DNA of 64,000 nucleotides from Neodothiora populina (Eukaryota): NCBI RefSeq assembly GCF_041146345.1, contig NW_027191410.1:248001-312000 (forward strand), written 5' to 3'. A program made the translations under genes and the position numbers. Below the pieces are notes generated by a model. That model did not search any database, was not told where the DNA came from, and saw only the letters and a list, made by a program, of their open reading frames with translations. Each line of letters begins with the position of its first letter. The stretch's first letter is position 1. Shown here piece after piece: positions 37,318 to 49,092 of this stretch.

Positions 37318-39003
37318 ATGACTGTGCCGGCATTGCTCACAGCCGTGGACTCGACGAACCATGTCCACCTAATCATTGGCTCAAACCCTCTAGCAGGCGC
37401 ACGATGCAATCGCTCCATCGAAGGCGGTGCCCTCCCCAAAGTCATTGCGCCACCTACCGCCACAGTGCACTACGGACTTGCAAAACGAATCGAAGAGGGC
37501 AAAGTCGAATGGATGCAGAAAGACTTTGAGGACTCGGATCTGACTACGCTGGGGCGAGAGGAGGTGGATAGATATGTGGATGCCGTCTTCATCACCAGCG
37601 GCGGCAAGACCGCACCAAGCACACATATTTCCTCCCTTTGCAGGAGGCTGCGTATTCCCGTCAATGTGGCAGATGCTCCGAATCTATGCACTTTCACGCT
37701 TCTATCTACGCACACTTCCGGCCCTCTTCAAGTCGGAGTCACAACGTCTGGCAAGGGTTGCAAACTCGCCTCCCGCATCCGCCGTGAAATCGCTTCTGCA
37801 TTACCCGCAGAGCTCGGTCCCGCTGTTGAGAGACTCGGGTCCATGCGACGTAGGATCTGGGAGGAAGACCATAAGAACGAAGATCTGGACATGGATATCG
37901 AGGACGAAGATGTCGGCCAAGACTCGAAATTCAACAAACTAGTCACTGAAGCAGACGTCGAAGCGGCACGAACGCGCAGAATGAGGTGGTTATCTCAGAT
38001 ATGCGAATACTGGCCGCTTCGACGCCTGGCATCAATCACAGACGCAGACGTCGACGCCGTCCTCGAAGCCTACTCGCAAGATTCTCGACTTTCTTCTCTA
38101 CCAGACGAACAGAACAAAACTCCCCTCAGCCCCAAGGCCATCGATGCCAGAAGACCAAAGGGCAAGATCATTCTAGCAGGCTCAGGCCCAGGCCATCCGG
38201 ACCTCCTGACAAATCTCACCCTCAAAGCAATCCGCACTGCAGACTTCGTTCTCGCCGACAAACTCGTTCCCGAAGGTGTGCTAGACCTGATCCCTCGCCG
38301 AACCCCGGTCCACATCGCGCGCAAGTTCCCAGGTAACGCCGAAGCAGCGCAGCAAGAACTCCTCTCCCTCGGCCTCGCCGCTCTCGAAAAGGGGCAGACG
38401 GTCCTCCGACTCAAACAAGGCGATCCATACCTCTACGGCCGCGGCGCAGAAGAATTTTCGTACTTCCGATCCGCCGGCTACGAAGTCCTCGTATTACCAG
38501 GCATAACATCCGCCCTCTCGGCGCCCCTCTTCGCCAAAATCCCAGTCACGCACCGCGCAGTCAGCGATCAAGTCCTCATCTGCACGGGAACGGGACGCAA
38601 AGGCGCGGCGCCCACGCCGCCACTCTACCAAGCCAACCAGACCGTCGTTTTCCTCATGTCTCTGCATCGTCTCGAGGCCTTACGGGATAGTTTATTTGAT
38701 ATCGATTGGCCCCAGGATACACCCTGCGCAGTCATAGAGCGCGCGAGCTGTCCAGATCAGAGAGTCATTCGCTCGACGCTCGAGCACATTTGTGCTGCCG
38801 TCGAAGAAGAAGGATCCAGACCTCCTGGCCTTTTGGTCGTCGGCCGTGCATGCGAAGTGCTCGAACAGCGGGGATCCGACTCTCAGAAATGGCTCGTCGA
38901 GGAAGGTTTCGTGGGGTTTAATGGATTACTCGACGGCGCTGCTCAGAGTAGTCTGGAGGCACTGGGCAAGGAGTTTAGAGGAGAAAAGGAGATTGAGGTG
39001 TAG
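37318..39003 (+). CDS. MET1: Uroporphyrinogen-III C-methyltransferase, siroheme synthesis (CysG-like two-part architecture)
   Basis: N-part PVNVADAPNLCTF, LQVGVTTSG; C-part LAGSGPGHPDLLT, ADKLV, RLKQGDPYLYGRG.EE, PGITSAL, IPVTHR, VFLM. Confidence 0.92.
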   Translation: MTVPALLTAVDSTNHVHLIIGSNPLAGARCNRSIEGGALPKVIAPPTATVHYGLAKRIEEGKVEWMQKDFEDSDLTTLGREEVDRYVDAVFITSGGKTAPSTHISSLCRRLRIPVNVADAPNLCTFTLLSTHTSGPLQVGVTTSGKGCKLASRIRREIASALPAELGPAVERLGSMRRRIWEEDHKNEDLDMDIEDEDVGQDSKFNKLVTEADVEAARTRRMRWLSQICEYWPLRRLASITDADVDAVLEAYSQDSRLSSLPDEQNKTPLSPKAIDARRPKGKIILAGSGPGHPDLLTNLTLKAIRTADFVLADKLVPEGVLDLIPRRTPVHIARKFPGNAEAAQQELLSLGLAALEKGQTVLRLKQGDPYLYGRGAEEFSYFRSAGYEVLVLPGITSALSAPLFAKIPVTHRAVSDQVLICTGTGRKGAAPTPPLYQANQTVVFLMSLHRLEALRDSLFDIDWPQDTPCAVIERASCPDQRVIRSTLEHICAAVEEEGSRPPGLLVVGRACEVLEQRGSDSQKWLVEEGFVGFNGLLDGAAQSSLEALGKEFRGEKEIEV

Positions 39004-39304
39004 TTGATCGAGGTTTCCTTGTTTGAGATTTCGATTTGAAATGTTCAAGATTAGATACCCGCATATTTTTGTTTTTCTATGTACAGCGAGTTTCTCAAAA
39101 TTCCCCCAGATCATATAGAGAGGAGAGAATATATTCAGAACCATAAAAATTTGTTCTTCATGTGCATTAATCATATTCGCTGTCGCCCATATCCATCAAC
39201 GGAAGTAGCAAACAACGACTCTATAGAAAGTATTTGGTGTCATCGACCCTTGCCAAGATCGACGACGGGCATGTCAAGCCAATGCTCAAATATCAGCGGA
39301 CTCC

Positions 39305-40338
39305 TTAAGCGGACTCCTCAGGCCAGACGTCGTGACCGAAAGTGTCCTTCATGTTCACGAAGCGGGTGTGACGACCCTCGGCGACCTTGTTGACGGCCTC
39401 GAAGTCGGCGTCGCTGAGCTCGATGCTCTTGAAGTTGCTGTCGATGCGCGAAGGAGTGGAGCTCTTGGGCAGGACGACGTAGCCACGCTTGAGACCCCAT
39501 GCGATGAGGACCTGAGCAAGAGTGTTGCCACCCTTTTCGGCGACCTCGTTCAGGGTCTTGTTGGTCGAGACCTTCTCGCCGGTGGTAGGAACCTGGTTCT
39601 GCGAGCCGAGAGGAGAGTAGGCGGCAGGCATGATGTTCTTGGAGAAGCAGTAGTTGACGAGCTCGGTGTTGGGGAGGAAGGGGTGGATCTCGATCTGGTT
39701 CAGCATGGGCTGGACCTTGGCGAACTTCTCGATCTTCTGGAGGTCCTTGATGGTGAAGTTGGACACGCCGATGGCCCTGGCCTTGCCGGACTCGTAGATC
39801 TCCTCCATGGCTCTCCAGGTGGGCTCGAGGTTCTTTGTGAGCTCCTCCTTGATGATGTACTGGCCCTTCTCGTTGATCTTGGGCATGTGGTTGTCGTCTG
39901 TCTCGGCGGCGATGGGCCAGTGGATCAGGAAGAGGTCGACGTAGTCCATCTTAAGCTTGTCGAGAGAGCTCTGGATGGACCACTTGACCTCCTCGGGCTC
40001 GTGGAGGTGGTTCCACACCTTTGTGCAGATGAAGATGTCGGATCGCTTCACGCTGGGGTTCTCCTTGAGGAAGTCACGCACGGCCTCACCGACCTCATCC
40101 TCGTTCTGGTAGAACCAGGCACAGTCGAGGTGACGGTATCCAGTCTTGAGGGCGTGGATGGCAGCCTTGTATGTCTCTCCCTTGGCACCTTCGTTGGCGA
40201 AAGTACCGAATCCAACAGCTGTACACAGACACTATCAGCGCCCAATCTAAAGAATTGGTGGGGGAGGGGTCATTGTGACGCATGCTTACCTGGGATCTTA
40301 ACCCCGTTGGCGAGGGTGCGAGTGATTCCAGAAGACAT
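39305..40338 (-). CDS. Aldo-keto reductase, NADP-dependent glycerol dehydrogenase (GldB-like); 2 exons
   Basis: LANGVKIP|AVGFGT, GYRHLDCAWFYQNE, IFICTKVWN, DLFLIHWP, IGVSNF, NQIEIHP, AYSPLGS, VLPKS. Confidence 0.93.
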
Positions 40339-41252
40339 GATGAATATTGTTTTGGTCAATGGATAGGGTCACAGTGGATAGTTAAGTGGTGTATAATGTT
40401 CAGACTGGAAAAACAGCAGGGAAGTTCTCTAATATGATGTATTTCGCGATCTATGTACTCGGTGAAACTTCCATCAATGGCATGACATACTGCCACGTCT
40501 CGGAAGCGAGCCCATCAATTCACACTTGTTGACCTGACTAACGTCATTCTCATTGGCGGTCAAACATCGGTGTGTTGAGAGGGGCGGACTGTGTCAAAGA
40601 TGAAAAAAACTCCACCGTTGCAGCTCACAATAGCTACGAAAACCATGGCGATGACGTCTCTTGGCTCGAAATAAGAGGAGGGGTGGCGCCGAGCTCAGCA
40701 CTAGACCGAGCCTAAAAGGCGCATCCTGCAAACTTGTTGCAAACTTGTCGCAGACTCCCCTGCTGTTCGCGAGATTCTGGCGGATTCAACGTGTGAGGGC
40801 TTCACGATCTTCGGTACCATCTCGCCTTTACTGTCTTATCTTGACAAAGTGCCGCCGGGAGCCTTCGTTTTAAGAGGTCCACTGAACGAAGGGTCCACTC
40901 TCTCGTGTACGAGGGTACAAATGCACCTCAGGCATCTCGGATATGCAAATTTGCCAAGGTAGCACGTCTGAGGACTACGAAAGGGTGACTCGCGTGCTGT
41001 CAACCCCACGTCAGCAACGCCGACTCATCCGAGAAGCTCCGTCCAAGTTGAAAGGTGAACTGGACACAGGCAACGAGTCAAGCAAGCCATCTTGGCAATT
41101 TAGACATCAAGAGCTCCCTCTCGTAGCACAAGGGTTCAAACAACAACGCTCATCTGTCTATACAAACAGAAGAACCATAGTGTGCTCGTGTTTATTCGTA
41201 TCATTGTGATTTTCGCAGGAACTTGGACCTGAACAGTCAAGCTCATGTGCGG

Positions 41253-42509
41253 ATGGCGGACTCTGGTGATATAGCCGACTCTGACGACATAGTCTTACCT
41301 CCATGGCAGCCCGACCATGTAACATCTAGCTGTTCAATCTGCGGAACTCCTTTTACTTTCTTGAACAGACGGCATCATTGCCGGAGATGTGGTCGTCTAG
41401 TCTGTGCTACATGTTCACCTCACCGTATCACCATCCCTCGACAGTACATTGTCCGGCCACCGGAGGAGCGACTCTGGGAGGAAGACCACGCTTATACGCG
41501 GCCGCGGAGTAGCACTGATGCTTCCTATGTAGATAATCTTGGTGGAGGAGAGACTGTCCGTGTCTGTAACCCTTGTGTTCCTGATCCAAACTATGGTCCT
41601 CCACCACAGCATGAGAATGCTGCTTCATCGCCACCCCCACAGCCAGTGCCACCACCTCCACCATTGAGCCGGTCACGTGCGTCGACATATGCTTCTGATG
41701 CCAGACTGCAAGGAAGTTCAGATCCCAGGGATGTGTCGAGGACTGAGCCATCCGCTGGCGATGAGGTCCAACGAATCCAATCGAGCTCGGTGCCGTACCA
41801 TCGCAGCCACTCGAGCTCTGCACCATACGGTCAAACCCGGTCCGGCATGCAGACTAACCGGGCCCTTCAGAACATGCCGCAGACACAGCGGATGCGAACG
41901 TCAACGTCCGGTTACAGGACTCGTTCTGATGACTCCTATGCGTCATCTCGACACCATCATTTCAACAGCCTGACCCATGCTGGTATGCCGTCAGCATTCG
42001 ACGCGGCGTCATTAGCACCTATAGCACAAGGTTCGCATCGACCGAAGTCTCGAGACACCACTAGATCAAACGAGGAAGACGAATGTCCAGTGTGCGGAAC
42101 CCGAGAGCTACCTTTCGGCCACGGCGGGACCGCATCAGACCGTGAACAGCACGTCGAACAATGTCTCATCAACCACTTTGCCTTCTCGGCCGGTCCAAGC
42201 ACCAGAGTCGTGCCTACCACAGCAGATGGACCACCGACAGAGCGTCCTCTACTACCCATACCCCCCGGCACATCCCCAACGCCGTCTCCTGCCATCCGAC
42301 AGCGCATGCTGGTCTACCACGCCACGGAGAAGGACTGCTTTGACGAAAGCGGCGAGCCGCAGGAATGCGTCATATGCTTTGAAGAATTCCAGCCCGGCGA
42401 GGAAATGGGCCGACTCGAGTGTCTTTGTCGATTCCATCGCACTTGTATCCGCAGTTGGTGGGCTATGAAGGGGCCTGGGAGCTGTCCGACTCATCAGTTG
42501 CATGGTTGA
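41253..42509 (+). CDS. PIB1: FYVE + RING E3 ubiquitin ligase (Pib1-like)
   Basis: WQPD..CSIC..F..LNRRHHCRRCGRLVC..CS...RVCNPC FYVE; C-terminal CVICFEEF..G..MGRLECLC.FH..CI..W..CP.H RING-H2. Confidence 0.88.
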   Translation: MADSGDIADSDDIVLPPWQPDHVTSSCSICGTPFTFLNRRHHCRRCGRLVCATCSPHRITIPRQYIVRPPEERLWEEDHAYTRPRSSTDASYVDNLGGGETVRVCNPCVPDPNYGPPPQHENAASSPPPQPVPPPPPLSRSRASTYASDARLQGSSDPRDVSRTEPSAGDEVQRIQSSSVPYHRSHSSSAPYGQTRSGMQTNRALQNMPQTQRMRTSTSGYRTRSDDSYASSRHHHFNSLTHAGMPSAFDAASLAPIAQGSHRPKSRDTTRSNEEDECPVCGTRELPFGHGGTASDREQHVEQCLINHFAFSAGPSTRVVPTTADGPPTERPLLPIPPGTSPTPSPAIRQRMLVYHATEKDCFDESGEPQECVICFEEFQPGEEMGRLECLCRFHRTCIRSWWAMKGPGSCPTHQLHG

Positions 42510-43158
42510 ACGATTGTCTTTTTTTCCCCCAATTAGATATCAGGGACGCTTTGGGTTTTGTTGTGTTACTGGCGTTTTGTACTACAGCTGGTAAAGGTCT
42601 GGGGGAGTATGAATGAGCGAGCCGCTAACTCATGGGTTATTTACATTTATCTTGGGACAGTCTGGGGTTATGCTTAACGATCGTCTGTTTATTGTTTGGC
42701 AATGTGGGCGTCGTAGAAGAGGTATATGGTTGGTGTATCTAGGAGGCGTCCTTCTATGCCATGTTTTCTATTGCTGTAGATAGCGGGAGATGGCAGGAGC
42801 CCGTCACGAAGAAACACTTCGGTATCGCTCGCTGTCCGCAGTGACAGCCAAGTATATTATCTTTATTTCCCACATTCCTTGCCTGAAAAGCAGTATAGGT
42901 GCAGCGGAGCAGACACATGGACAATTCGTAGCTGTCGAGAGAAGAGAAAGAAGCGCTCAATGATGAACATGAGAAATGAACATTTCCCGAACACGGCTCG
43001 TCGATTCGCAACATGTCCGGTCATGTAGTGGGGGTATCAGATCGCAACAAGGGGCGAGCAAAAGAAAAAAACAAAATAACCACGGAAAAAACACTCCCTT
43101 CTCCTCTCCTCTCCATCCCTTCGAAGGGGGCCGCAGCATACATGCGCTAGAGCTCGAC

Positions 43159-44646
43159 TCATCTGAAATAAACCTCGATAGAATCCATATCCTCAATCTC
43201 CGTGTCCTGCACCAGCCCCTCGGGGGGCTCTAGAGTATCCCCATCAAAAGCCAGAACAACACTCTGCTCCGGAGCGATAGGGATCTGTTCGCCGAATTTA
43301 TGACGCGCTGCATTCGCCATTTTCGCGAATGTTGTTGTCGGCTTGATCTTGAGTTTGACGTGCTTGAGACCTTTGGCTTTCATCGTGATTCGTATGACGG
43401 CGTCTTTTGTTGTTGTTGATGCGGGTGTTTGTGATGAGGGGTCTCCTGGCAAGGCTTGAGTGCCGAGGGATGATGTGGCGCCGGCTTCGAGTAGGCTGTC
43501 TGAGCCGGCAGGTCTGGGTACCGAGCCTCTGTTCCTGGCGCGTCTTTTCTCGTCCTTCATCTTGAGCCATAGCTCCTCTGTCAGAGCCTCGAGGTGGACT
43601 TTGCCCTCTTGCTCGCGGCCGACGCCCGTCTCGTCGTTGTCCATGAAGTCTCGCTCGTCGGGGATCAAGTGGCCGTCTGAGTCGACTCGGAGGTTTAAAG
43701 ATCTGCAGGTTGTCACGTCGTAGAGTCTGCGCAGACGGTAAGTGAAGAAGATGTCGCGGTGGGGGATGGCTGGCGAGATGGCGTGTTGCCGGCTCAGCCA
43801 TGCTTCTCGCACTTCTTGCAGTCTTTGGGATAGTTTTCTCGTCACTACTAGGGGAGTGGCGCCCGGTATGGGAGATGTGATGAGAAGCTGGACTTTGGGG
43901 TCCGGAGGGGGTGTGAGGTCGTTTGGGAAGAAGCTGTAGGACTGTGCATTGCTCTGCAGACGCTCGTGCGCTTCTTGTTCTTTCCGTCGCTTCGCTCGTG
44001 CTTTTCGCTTTAATTCTGCGAGCTCGGGATCTGACTCTGAATCCGAGTCTGGGACTTGCGCGGCGGCGGCGGTTAGAGTTGGTTGTGGTGTCGAAGTGTC
44101 TTGGTCGTCGTCCTCGTCATCTTCAGGATCGCCAAGTTCGATGATTGTGGGCTGGCTATTGCTCCTTGTCCTCCTTGGTTCTGGCTGAGGCGCTGCCGTA
44201 GCTGTACCTGCAGTCGAAGGCGCATGAGACGTTGGACTGTTTCCCTGCGCTGGCAACGTTGCTCCTTCCGGTGCATGTTCATCATCTTTGTCCCGTCGCG
44301 GCGGTGAAGTGTAGGTCTCATTCTCGGCATCTTCAGAATCCAAATCAGAGATCCTCCTCCTTTTACCAGCTCCAATCCCATCCGAATCCTCATCAAGCGT
44401 ATGCACCACATGGCTTTTCTTCTGCTCAGTCTTCTTCCTGCCAACCTTCTCCCGCCTCTTACGTTCCTTTTCCGCAAGAATCCTGTCATACGTGTCAGAC
44501 CGACTGAACAGACTCAGGTCGGACTTCTCTGGCGTGTCCGGGCTGTCAGCGGCATTATCGGTGGCTACGGCGGGGGTTGTCGTCGTCGCAGCTTGTGCCC
44601 ATGCTGGTCTTTTGAACAAGGACCGTTTCGGCGGCGCGTCCGCCAT
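43159..44646 (-). CDS. SUMO-like-domain protein (Esc2/Rad60 family)
   Basis: Acidic disordered N-terminus; DPKVQLLITSPIPG..PL.V.RKLSQRLQEVR.AW; C-terminal ubiquitin-like unit ending LAFDGDTL.P..VQDTEIEDMDSIEVYFR. Confidence 0.8.
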   Translation of the reverse strand: MADAPPKRSLFKRPAWAQAATTTTPAVATDNAADSPDTPEKSDLSLFSRSDTYDRILAEKERKRREKVGRKKTEQKKSHVVHTLDEDSDGIGAGKRRRISDLDSEDAENETYTSPPRRDKDDEHAPEGATLPAQGNSPTSHAPSTAGTATAAPQPEPRRTRSNSQPTIIELGDPEDDEDDDQDTSTPQPTLTAAAAQVPDSDSESDPELAELKRKARAKRRKEQEAHERLQSNAQSYSFFPNDLTPPPDPKVQLLITSPIPGATPLVVTRKLSQRLQEVREAWLSRQHAISPAIPHRDIFFTYRLRRLYDVTTCRSLNLRVDSDGHLIPDERDFMDNDETGVGREQEGKVHLEALTEELWLKMKDEKRRARNRGSVPRPAGSDSLLEAGATSSLGTQALPGDPSSQTPASTTTKDAVIRITMKAKGLKHVKLKIKPTTTFAKMANAARHKFGEQIPIAPEQSVVLAFDGDTLEPPEGLVQDTEIEDMDSIEVYFR

Positions 44647-45466
44647 GGTGTGTCCTTACGGCTATATTTCTTGCGACGCAACGCGCAGGCTCCACTGTGG
44701 AGGAAAGGACATTTGTGTGGTTGTAATGGTAAATTGAAGAAATGGACGGGTGTTGTGCGAGGGTGTTTACTCTCTCTCTTTCTCTCTCTCTTTCTGTTTC
44801 GGATTTACTCGACGCTGATCCCCGGCGGGCGGACGTGGTGTGATTCCGCCGCGAGTCGAGAACCAACCAGAGCTTTGATAGGTACCTTAGCTTTAATCAA
44901 GGCGATGTGATATGACCTCTTGGACAGTAGTTGAGTATAGTACATACTCACTCGAACTGTTCAGATCAACTGGACAAGACCCACATGATGCGGAGCTCGC
45001 GTCATCGCAACTGCAAGCACTTGTGACACAACTCATAAAGTAGAAAGGCAGCACGATAAAGGATAAGCCCCCGATAAGAAAATGCCTAATCAAATAACCC
45101 GGCGGGGAACCAGCGACTTTGGAAGAAGTTGGTCCGACCAATAAATCGCCCGCCCCGCCGCCGCCGTGCAGCGCTCAGAAACGTGGGCTGCTGCTATCGA
45201 TTATCGATCTCTGTAATACTGTCCATACAGCCACAGTCCTTCGACTCACTCACGGTCACTCACCCACTTTGTTTTCACCTTGTACAAATAGAACTTTGAT
45301 CTTCGAACTGGGACTTTTGGTCGTCGAGGACTAATACTCTGCCAAAGTTCAATACTTGTCGCGACGTCATCCTGTTTCTTGCGCATTTCTGAGTCGCATG
45401 TACGGCATTACTACTGCATAATGCCCCCCTGACAATCACGAGATCACACTGTTGCATACAAATAAC

Positions 45467-46278
45467 ATGAAGAGTCAGTCTTCCGTTTTTTATCTACTCC
45501 AAAAAGAAACCCCGCGACTGACAGAGCTCAAAATCCAGCCGTGATACAACGAGTCAAATCGGCCTCGGTGACCGTCGACGGGCAACTGATCAGCACAATC
45601 GGCAAAGGCCTGCTCGTGCTGGCCGCCGTCGCCAAGGACGACACCAAGGCCGAGGTCGAGTCCATGGCCAACAAGATCCTGAAAGTAAAACTATGGGATG
45701 ATGACAAGGGCGGGAAATGGAAGTGGAACGTTCAGGATATTGATGGGGAGGTGCTTTGTGGTAGGTTGCTCCTACCAAACTCTGCTATGTACAACGGCTC
45801 CCCGTTTTGCTGACTCAACTGCATGCAAATAGTCTCGCAGTTCACCCTGCTCGCGTCGGCGAAAAGGGGCAACAAACTCGACTTCCACAAATCCGCACCC
45901 GCGAGCCAGGCAAAAGAGCTCTACGACAACTTCTTCGCCAAAGTGCAGGCGCTCTACAAGGAAGATCGCGTCAAGAACGGCGTCTTCCAGGCCATGATGG
46001 ACGTCGCTCTCGTCAACGAGGGACCGGTAGGTGTAGACTACTGCTGTGAGGACGAACAGGTCAATTGCCCGCTTTGCTCCCCTTGGCTGCTGCTTGCTCT
46101 GTCTTGTTCCTCTTTTGTTGTGCCTTGTTTTGCTGACGTGTACCCGCAGGTTACCATTGAGATCGAAACCAATCCCCCCAAGATGGATAATCCCACATCA
46201 TTCAAGCCCGAGGACGGGGACACTTTCAAGGGAAAGGTCCACAAGACGTTCGAGCTGCCGGCCTCACTCCTCGAGTGA
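45467..46278 (+). CDS. DTD1: D-aminoacyl-tRNA deacylase; 4 exons
   Basis: MKT|VIQRVKSASVTVDG, IGKGLLVL, LC|VSQFTL, G.FQAMMDV.LVNEGP|VT. Confidence 0.94.
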
Positions 46279-46410
46279 TCATGACCTGGTCGCAGCTGTC
46301 CTCTGCAGCACACAGAGTCTCTCTGCCCTACTCTCATCAACATGCACAGCTCGACCGCGCGCGCCAGGCTTACTGTCATCATACTTAAGTGCTGATCAGC
46401 TGCACGCTCC

Positions 46411-47855
46411 TCACTTGCCATCCCCATTGATGGTCTCGGGCTCGATATAGCTCCACTCGGGCACCTCCTTGACCTTCTTCCACAGCTCCTTCTCCAGCTT
46501 GGAAGCAGCTTTGTGATAAGGGGTCTGCTCGCCGTTGTACTTTCGACAATTTGTGCATATCAGCAAGGCATCTCGGATGAAGTCTTCGGGCGTGTCGTAG
46601 GCGTCCTGCTCGAGTTTGGTCTCCATAGTCGACAGGTCCATGGGTTGCTTGATGACGTCGTAGTAGTCCAGAACTTCGTCTTTGTTGACTGGTTGCAAGA
46701 ATGGCCACGCGTTGGTGCTGTTCTGAAGGGCGGAGAGCAAGTGCATGAGCAGCGAGTGGGATGGGTTGTGGCGTGGTTGTCGCGCCAGCGCGTCCATGTC
46801 GGGCGACCAGCCGGTTTCCTTGATGGCTGATATTGATAAAGGGTCAATTGATGGTAAAGTCTGGCCTTTGGATAGACTGCGCCATGCTGCAGGCGGTTGA
46901 TGGACCTCGTAACTCTTGCTGACTGCCTTGATCTTGGCATGGACCGCGGCTTTCTGCTTGAGCAGTAATCTGTCGCTTTCAAGATAGCGAATCTTGGGCA
47001 GCATGGAACACTGCATGATAGTGCCGCCCTCGTAATCTTTAATGTATCCCATCCATCTCTTCTTTTCTAATGTGATTTCCTTTGTAAAGCCCTGCTTCTT
47101 GAAATAACCAATGGCGTAATTATCGGCATAGGTGAGGAAATGCATGACGTCCGAGGTTCCCTTGACGAAATCTTTGAGATGCGACATGAGATGGGCGCCG
47201 TAGCCCTTGACTTGCTGATCCGAGGAAATGGCGCAAAAGACTATCTCGGCGAACTGGCGGCCTTTGAAGGGTCGATACGTGATGCCTCCCACCACCTCGA
47301 GCGGCTTCTTGACGATGGCGATACTCAGGTGGGTGCGGTCGTACACCAGTCGCGCTATGTAGTCCTTGGGCATTTTGGGCAGTTGTTTCTGGAAGATGCA
47401 TTTCAGGCCAGTCAGGATGATTGTGGATTCGCGATCATTATCGTTGTTGACGACACGGAACTCTATGCCGCCGTTGCGCTCTTCGATGACGGCAGGCTGC
47501 GTGTGTTAGTATGTCTTGAGAAAGGCAGGCAAGAAAAAGGGCAATACCTTCTCAGGGAAGGGGACGGGTTTCGCAGGGTCCTTGACTGGCGACAAGTCAG
47601 GCGTCGGTGACGCTGATGACTTGACTCTCTTCGCGTCTGAGCCATTCACTTCTGAATCGTCTGCCTTGCGCTTCGAGACGGGAGCTATGGATCAGGGTGT
47701 ATTGTATCAGCGAGATGCTCGTATCTTGACTTTTGGACAAGTCGTTGCGCCAGCAAGCTGCAGCGATGACACGACAGGGCTGTTGCTTGCAGAACATGAT
47801 CTTGTTTTCGTTATGAGCGTGACGTACCTTCTTCTTTGATGACCGCAGGCGCCAT
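46411..47855 (-). CDS. GCN5: Histone acetyltransferase with bromodomain; 3 exons
   Basis: [58 protein letters not shown]; bromodomain [20 protein letters not shown]. Confidence 0.97.
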
Positions 47856-47932
47856 GTTGATGGAAGAATAGTGAATGTAGTAGAGTTGTCATGTGTATAA
47901 GTTATCTTGGACAATCACAAGATGTTGCCCTG

Positions 47933-47954
47933 AGTCCAGTCCAGTCCAGTCCAG
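47933..47954. repeat. (CCAGT)4 microsatellite in the GCN5/nudC divergent promoter
   Basis: agtccagtccagtccagtccag seen directly. Confidence 0.75.
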
Positions 47955-48168
47955 ATAAGATCGTCAGTTCATGTGAGCCACGCGGGGAAGGAACTCGGTA
48001 ATGCCTTCCGAGCCGCATCAATCCTTGGCATTTGTATCCCTCCGATCCGAGCTTCAGTTTTAAGGTACAATGTGGGGCAGACAGAAGCAACTGGAAAACA
48101 ACTGAGCTGACAATGAATTAGATCTGATCTTTGCGACAATTACATCCACCCAACATAAATCACCCGCC

Positions 48169-48883
48169 ATGTCTACCTCGCCGACTCCCGAAGAACAAGC
48201 AGCAGTCGACAAGGCCGCAAAGGCCAGAGAGGAGGAAGAGCAAGCCAAGCTCCCCTACAAATGGGTCCAAACCATCCAGGACCTCGACGTCACGGCTGCT
48301 ATCCCAGCCAACATGAAGGGCAAAGACCTTGACGTCAAGATCGCAAAGACGAGCATCAAGGCCGGGATCAGGGGACAAGAACCCATCATCGAGGTTCGGG
48401 CGACATGACGTTTACTATATCGTCAGGGATACTGACAGATGAAAAAGGGAACACTCCCACATGCAATTCTCGTCGACGAGAGCACATGGACCCTCGAGAC
48501 CACGCCTTCGGGCAAAGAACTCGCCATCCACCTCGACAAGGCCAACAAGATGGAATGGTGGCCGCACGTCGTCACCTCGGCCCCGGCCATCGACACGTCC
48601 AAGATCCAGCCCGAGAACAGCAAGCTCAGCGATCTCGACGGCTCCACTCGCTCCATGGTCGAGAAGATGATGTTCGACCAGCGACAGAAGGAGATGGGCA
48701 AGCCGACCAGTGACGAGCAGAAGAAGCAGGATATGCTTGGTGAGCTTTTCTTTTCTCTCCTTTTCATTCCCGTCACTTTTGGATTATCAGCTAAGCTGAC
48801 TTTTGATTCTGTTTCGCTCGTGCACAGCTAAATTCATGGCTCAACATCCGGAGATGGACTTCTCTCAAGCTAAAATGTCTTAA
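48169..48883 (+). CDS. nudC: Nuclear movement protein NudC (CS-domain co-chaperone); 3 exons
   Basis: [69 protein letters not shown]. Confidence 0.95.
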
Positions 48884-49092
48884 CAAAACTGCATGTCACG
48901 AGCTACGATTTATAGAAGAAACCCCGGTAGACAAGATTACAATCAATATCACCCATTTCGAAGTCATAAGTCCGATGAAACTTTGTCCTGTGGAGGTATC
49001 CTGTGGCTTGTACGCTTCGCTAAATGTTCAGAATCCCGGAAGAAGATATTGGAGATCGACGACGAAGCCGACGAGGTTAGAAAAGAAAAGTA

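Noticed and set aside
39332..40366. 344-aa ORF antisense to the aldo-keto reductase
   Set aside because: Same codon-bias shadow; the V/L/G/D-rich translation has no independent motif.
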